DNA of 64,000 nucleotides from Macrostomum lignano (Eukaryota): NCBI GenBank assembly GCA_002269645.1, contig NIVC01000362.1, positions 496,001 to 560,000 of the forward strand, read 5' to 3'. Shown piece by piece: positions 59,893 to 64,000 of this stretch (position 1 is its first letter; each line of letters starts with the position of its first letter). The notes under the pieces were generated by a model. It saw only the letters and a program-made list of their open reading frames with translations, ran no database searches and was not told where the DNA came from. The position numbers and the translations under genes were made by a program.

Positions 59893-60474
59893 TCAGTCAA
59901 TCAACACGGCCGTGGACGATAGTGGAAAGGTCGGCATGGACGGCGAGCGTGGTGTTGAAGTCCATGTTGGGGCAGCACGGCGGTTTGGGTTCGGTCCGGG
60001 TGAAGGTGTTTCGGTGCTGACTCTGCAAATAAGAGCGGAATGCTTCGGTAGTTGGGGGCCATGTTTCGGATAATGATTAGAATTTACTTACGTCTGAGTG
60101 GCTTGAGAATACTCTTGGCTGCGGAAGTCATTCGGACGGCGGGACTCGGGAGAGCGGATGCGTTTGTAGCAGTGGTGAAGCAACGCGAGCACCAGGAACA
60201 GAAAAATAATTAGAAAAACGACCTTCAGGGCCACCAGTTGCGCACTTGCTAGGTTGATTAGTTTGTTGACGCTTTCTCCGATTGCGGTAAACATTTGGGT
60301 ATTATTGTATGCCTGGACGGCTATACGATTTCGGAGCTCTTCTTGGGAGTAATGGGAATTCTCGGATAATTGTCTGACAACTGCCGAAAGTTGTCTGGTA
60401 GTTTCCGCGTTGTTTTGGGTGGCTTGGGCCTGTTTAATAAACACAGCCAGTATTTTTTGTAGTCGGTTCGCCAT
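59893..60474 (-). CDS. Two-exon single-pass membrane protein (60474-60092 + 60022-59893), about 170 aa; 128 aa if unspliced
   Basis: Helical Gln/Asn-rich N-half, TM helix LVALKVVFLIIFLFLVLALL, then a basic stretch. Donor GTAAGT at 60091 and ttatttgcag acceptor at 60023 splice in frame to a Pro/Ser/Thr tail. Confidence 0.65.
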
Positions 60475-61056
60475 TAAGATGGTTATACGAGACTCGGTGA
60501 ACTAATAAACTTGCCAGACTTGCCAGGCTATTCACTCGAGAATCCGACTTGACGCCGTTTTTAGCGCTTGCGTCTAGAAGTTTGTATCTGTTCAAACCCT
60601 CAAGTCGTGGGGAGGGGTGGGGGTGGGGGTAAAAGTTGTGCGCGGGTGGTTGATGAGAATCGGATTTTAATCGATTAATGTGGCGGGGGTGTACATTTCG
60701 CTGTGTGCGCCCTAGCGTTTGGGGTAAGGTCTTTTCTCGGAAATGTAGCACTTATGGTCCGGCGGGAACGGAGTATGGATCGTAGAGTTGGTATAGAATG
60801 CAAGTGGTTTATTTACGGAGCAAGTGGTTATTATAATCTTCGCAATATCTATTACTGGAAGTGACGCAGGCCGCGCTCGTGAGTAGTGTTGCCTAAGGCC
60901 GAGTAAAGCGTATACCTTATCGTGCGTTTAACACGGTTTCGGAATTTGAAATGCTTGGTGAATAGTCTGTTGGTTTCCACCTACTCGGGTGCGACTGCGA
61001 GTATAAGATAAGTAGGGGTACGATTTGTAGGCGGCTCGCTTGAGCGGGTTAGGACG

Positions 61057-61120
61057 GGTGGGGACTGTATTCATTTTTACATGTAAAAATGAGGGGTGCG
61101 TGTAATATACTAATACTACT
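61057..61120 (-). repeat. Right terminal inverted repeat
   Basis: Ends ...taatactact. 60/64 match to the left TIR. Contains the 22-bp palindrome tcatttttacatgtaaaaatga (61071-61092). Confidence 0.92.
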
Positions 61121-61244
61121 CAGGTGGACCAGGGTGAGCTGACTGCTGCCTGGCATCTAGGGGTTCGCGTGTGCCTGACAACAGTACTAATTAGTGAGCA
61201 CGTGTAACTGTTCTCAGCTGAGGCGTCTCTTACATGTACAGGGC

Positions 61245-62760
61245 GACTTCTCTATTTCCTTGCTCTTCTCTGCCTCTTCTCTCCCCTTGCCTCTACTCTC
61301 TCCCTCTGCCTCTTCTCTCCCTGCTTCTTCTCTCTCCCCCCTGCCTCTTCTCTCTCTCCCCCTGCCTCTTCTCTCTCTCCCCCTGCCTCTTCTCTCCCCC
61401 CTTCCTCTTCTCTCTCCCTCTGCCTCTTCTCTCCCTGCTTCTTCTCTCTCCCTCTGCCTCTTCTCTCCCTGCTTCTTCTCTCTCCCCCTGCCTCTACTCT
61501 CTCTCCTGCCTCTTCTCTCTCTCCCCCTGCCTCTACTCTCTCCCTCTGCCTCTTCTCTCCCTGCTTCTTCTCTCTCCCCCTGCCTCTACTCTCTCCCCTG
61601 CCTCTTCTCTCTCTCCCCCTGCCTCTACTCTCTCCCTCTGCCTCTTCTCTCCCTGCTTCTCTCTCTCCTGCCTCTTCTCTCTCCCCCCTGCTTCTTCTCT
61701 CTCCTGCCTCTACTCTACTCTCTCTTCTCTCTCTCCCTGCCTCCTCTCCCCCTGCCCCTGCCTCTTCTCTCTCCCCCTGCTTCCTCTCTCTCCCCATGTC
61801 TCTCTCTTCTCCTGCCTCCTCTCTCTCCCCCCTGCCTCTACTCTCTCCCCTGCCTCTTCTCTCTCTCCCCCTGCCTCTACTCTCTCCCTCTGCCTCTTCT
61901 CTCCCTGCTTCTCTCTCTCCTGCCTCTTCTCTCTCCCCCTGCTACTTCTCTCTCCCCCTGCTTCTTCTCTCTCCTGCCTCTACTCTACTCTCTCTTCTTC
62001 TCTCTCTCCCTGCCTCCTCTCCCCCTGCCTCCTCTCCCCCTGCCTCGTCTCTCTCCCCCTGCCCCTGCCTCTTCTCTCTCCCCCTGCTTCCTCTCTCTCC
62101 CCATGTCTCTCTCTTCTCCTGCCTCCTCTCTCTCCCCCTGCCTCTTCTCTCTCCCCCTGCCTCTTCTCTCTCCCCCTGCCTCCTCTCTTCCCCTGCCTTC
62201 TCTCTTCCCCTGCCTCCTCTCTCCCCTGCCTCCTCTCTCCCCCTGCCTCCTCTCTCCCCTGCCTCCTCTCCCCCTGCCTCCTCTCTCCCCCTGCCTCCTC
62301 TCCCCCTGCCTCTTCTCTCTCCCCCTGCCTCTACTCTCTCCCCCTGCCTCTTCTCTCTCTCCCCCTGCTTCTACTCTCTCCCCTGCCTCTTCTCTCTCTC
62401 CCCCTGTCTCTTCTCTCCCCCTGCCTCCTCTCTCTCCCTCTGCCTCTTCTCTCTCTGCTTCGTCTCTCTCTTCTGCCTCCTCTCTCTCCCTGCTTCTTCT
62501 CTCTCTCCCTGCCTCTTCTCTCTCTCCCTGCTTCTTCTCTCTCCCCCTGCCTCCTCTCTCTCCCCCTGCCTCCTCTCTCTCCCTCTCCCTCTGCCTCTTC
62601 TCTCCCTGCTTCTTCTCTCTCTCCTGCCTCTCCTCTCTCCCCCTGCCTTCTCTCTCCCCCTGCCTTCTCTCTCACCTGCCTCTTCTCTCTCTCCCCCTGC
62701 CTCCTCTCTCCCCCTGCCTCCTCTCTCTCCCTGCCTTCTCTCTCCCCTGCCTCTTCTCTA
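61245..62760. repeat. Pyrimidine-rich low-complexity satellite (ctctctccccctgcctctt variants)
   Basis: About 1.5 kb of almost pure C/T with a recurring cctgcc. Confidence 0.95.
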
Positions 62761-63090
62761 AAGATTAACTGACCTTTGTCGAAGTGGGTGATCCTTTTTA
62801 ACAAATTTGATCAATTTGATCCACGTTAAAGCGTACAATGTGGAAAACCTTTTTTCGATGCATATCGACGATCCGATAAGAGAATTGAAAAGATCTTAGA
62901 AGCCCCTCCACGAGTCAGGCGCGAATGACTACTGCGCGTATTTGTAATGAGCGACACGTTTTTTAACAATTCTGACAAGGACTTGTCGTACATGCAAGTG
63001 AATCGATAAATTGCAGAAAGTAAAATCCATTGGAGCATCGAACATTCAACTGCTGCTGTTGGGAACCGGAATGCTTCCCGTGTCTGTGAG

Positions 63091-63136
63091 TACTACTAGG
63101 TACTACTACCATTACTACTACTACTACTACTACTCG

Positions 63137-63169
<33 letters not shown>

Positions 63170-63204
63170 TACTACTACTACTACTACCACTACTTCTACT
63201 ACTA

Positions 63205-63242
<38 letters not shown>

Positions 63243-63293
63243 GCTACTACTACTACTACAACTACTACTACTACCACCACTACTACTACTACT

Positions 63294-63331
<38 letters not shown>

Positions 63332-63348
63332 CACTACTTCTACTACTA

Positions 63349-63381
<33 letters not shown>

Positions 63382-63444
63382 GTAATACTAGTACTACTAA
63401 CATTACTACTACTACTACTACTCGTACTACTACTACTACTACTT

Positions 63445-63503
<59 letters not shown>

Positions 63504-63585
63504 GCTACTACTACTACTACTAGTAATACTAGTACTACTAACATTACTACTACTACTACTACTCGTACTACTACTACTACTACTT

Positions 63586-63623
<38 letters not shown>

Positions 63624-63742
63624 GCTACTACTACTACTACTAGTAATACTAGTACTACTACCATTACTACTACTACTATTACTACCACTACTACTACTAC
63701 TCGTACTACTACTACTACTACTACTCCTACTAACTACTACTA
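63091..63742. repeat. Imperfect (TAC)n microsatellite with higher-order repeats
   Basis: Trinucleotide array with repeated interruptions (ctcgta, tagtaatactagt). Confidence 0.97.
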
Positions 63743-64000
63743 TTCCAGCCCATCCCCAGCTTACTATTGCAACGCTATCAGCTGGGAGCAGTCGGCTGCC
63801 TCGTGTCTAACTGGCTGTTTCATCTGGGCAGCGCGCTGGTGTACACCTGCATCGGACTGCACTGCTGGAGGTAAATTAAACTTACGGGTAGAGCATACAA
63901 ATCCTTTAGCTTCAACATCGAATCCATAGGTTGATATCTGACCATACGCATCCAGACTCTCCGTCATCCTGAGCTTCAATCGGTCCAGTCGAGATCTGCT

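Larger units (their letters stand above)
40013..61120 (-). mobile_element. Maverick/Polinton (adintovirus-type) endogenous dsDNA virus, apparently full length (about 20.1 kb after closing the gap)
   Basis: AGTAGT...ACTACT termini with 64-bp inverted repeats. Full core set: pPolB, retroviral-type integrase, cysteine protease, major and minor capsid proteins, packaging ATPase. Genes are tightly packed and co-oriented. Confidence 0.96.

Noticed and set aside
40007-61126. 6-bp target-site duplication
   Set aside because: Flanks gatacg and caggtg (or agatac and aggtgg if the TIR is extended by one base) do not match.
61194-62804. 524-, 512- and 321-aa Leu/Ser/Pro ORFs
   Set aside because: Translation of a C/T satellite that cannot form stop codons.
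62963-63742. Poly-Val/poly-Tyr ORFs, and (TAC)n as a Maverick end or telomere
   Set aside because: A microsatellite 2 kb outside the TIR; its match to the ACTACT terminus is probably coincidental, and it is not a known telomeric motif at a sequence end.
63764-64000. Possible host exon on the minus strand ending at a GTAAGT donor near 63885
   Set aside because: Truncated by the window edge with no recognisable domain; insufficient support.

Overview
Eukaryotic, animal-like genomic DNA (spliceosomal intron signals, a tRNA/CORE-type SINE, microsatellites) in four zones. (1) 1-29288 is an amplified array: a 9,861-bp unit repeated head-to-tail about 2.5 times (4731-29288, pattern A-B-A-B-A), folded back into a giant palindrome (1-4683 vs 4731-9735). 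The palindrome centre sits on a native 7-bp inverted repeat. The unit carries satellites and an RS-domain terminal exon. (2) 31287-37973 (-) is an intronless 2,228-aa SecA-DEAD-like ATPase followed by a hydrophobic segment, a circularly permuted OTU-like domain and an RHS-toxin-like C-terminal domain. (3) 40013-61120 is an apparently complete Maverick/Polinton (adintovirus-type) endogenous virus of about 20.1 kb once a spurious gap is closed. It has AGTAGT termini and the core set (protease, MCP, basic core protein, integrase, pX-like protein, penton, packaging ATPase, PLA2, pPolB). Its accessory arm is unusual: dUTPase, a TBP-like domain fused to a deoxynucleoside kinase, a putative SSB, a membrane protein and an 11-exon phase-0 micro-exon gene. 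Several accessory genes carry canonical GT-AG introns. Core-gene breaks are single-base homopolymer slips, which points to consensus errors rather than decay. (4) 61121-64000 is simple repeats. All family assignments come from motif recognition by eye; no searches were run.
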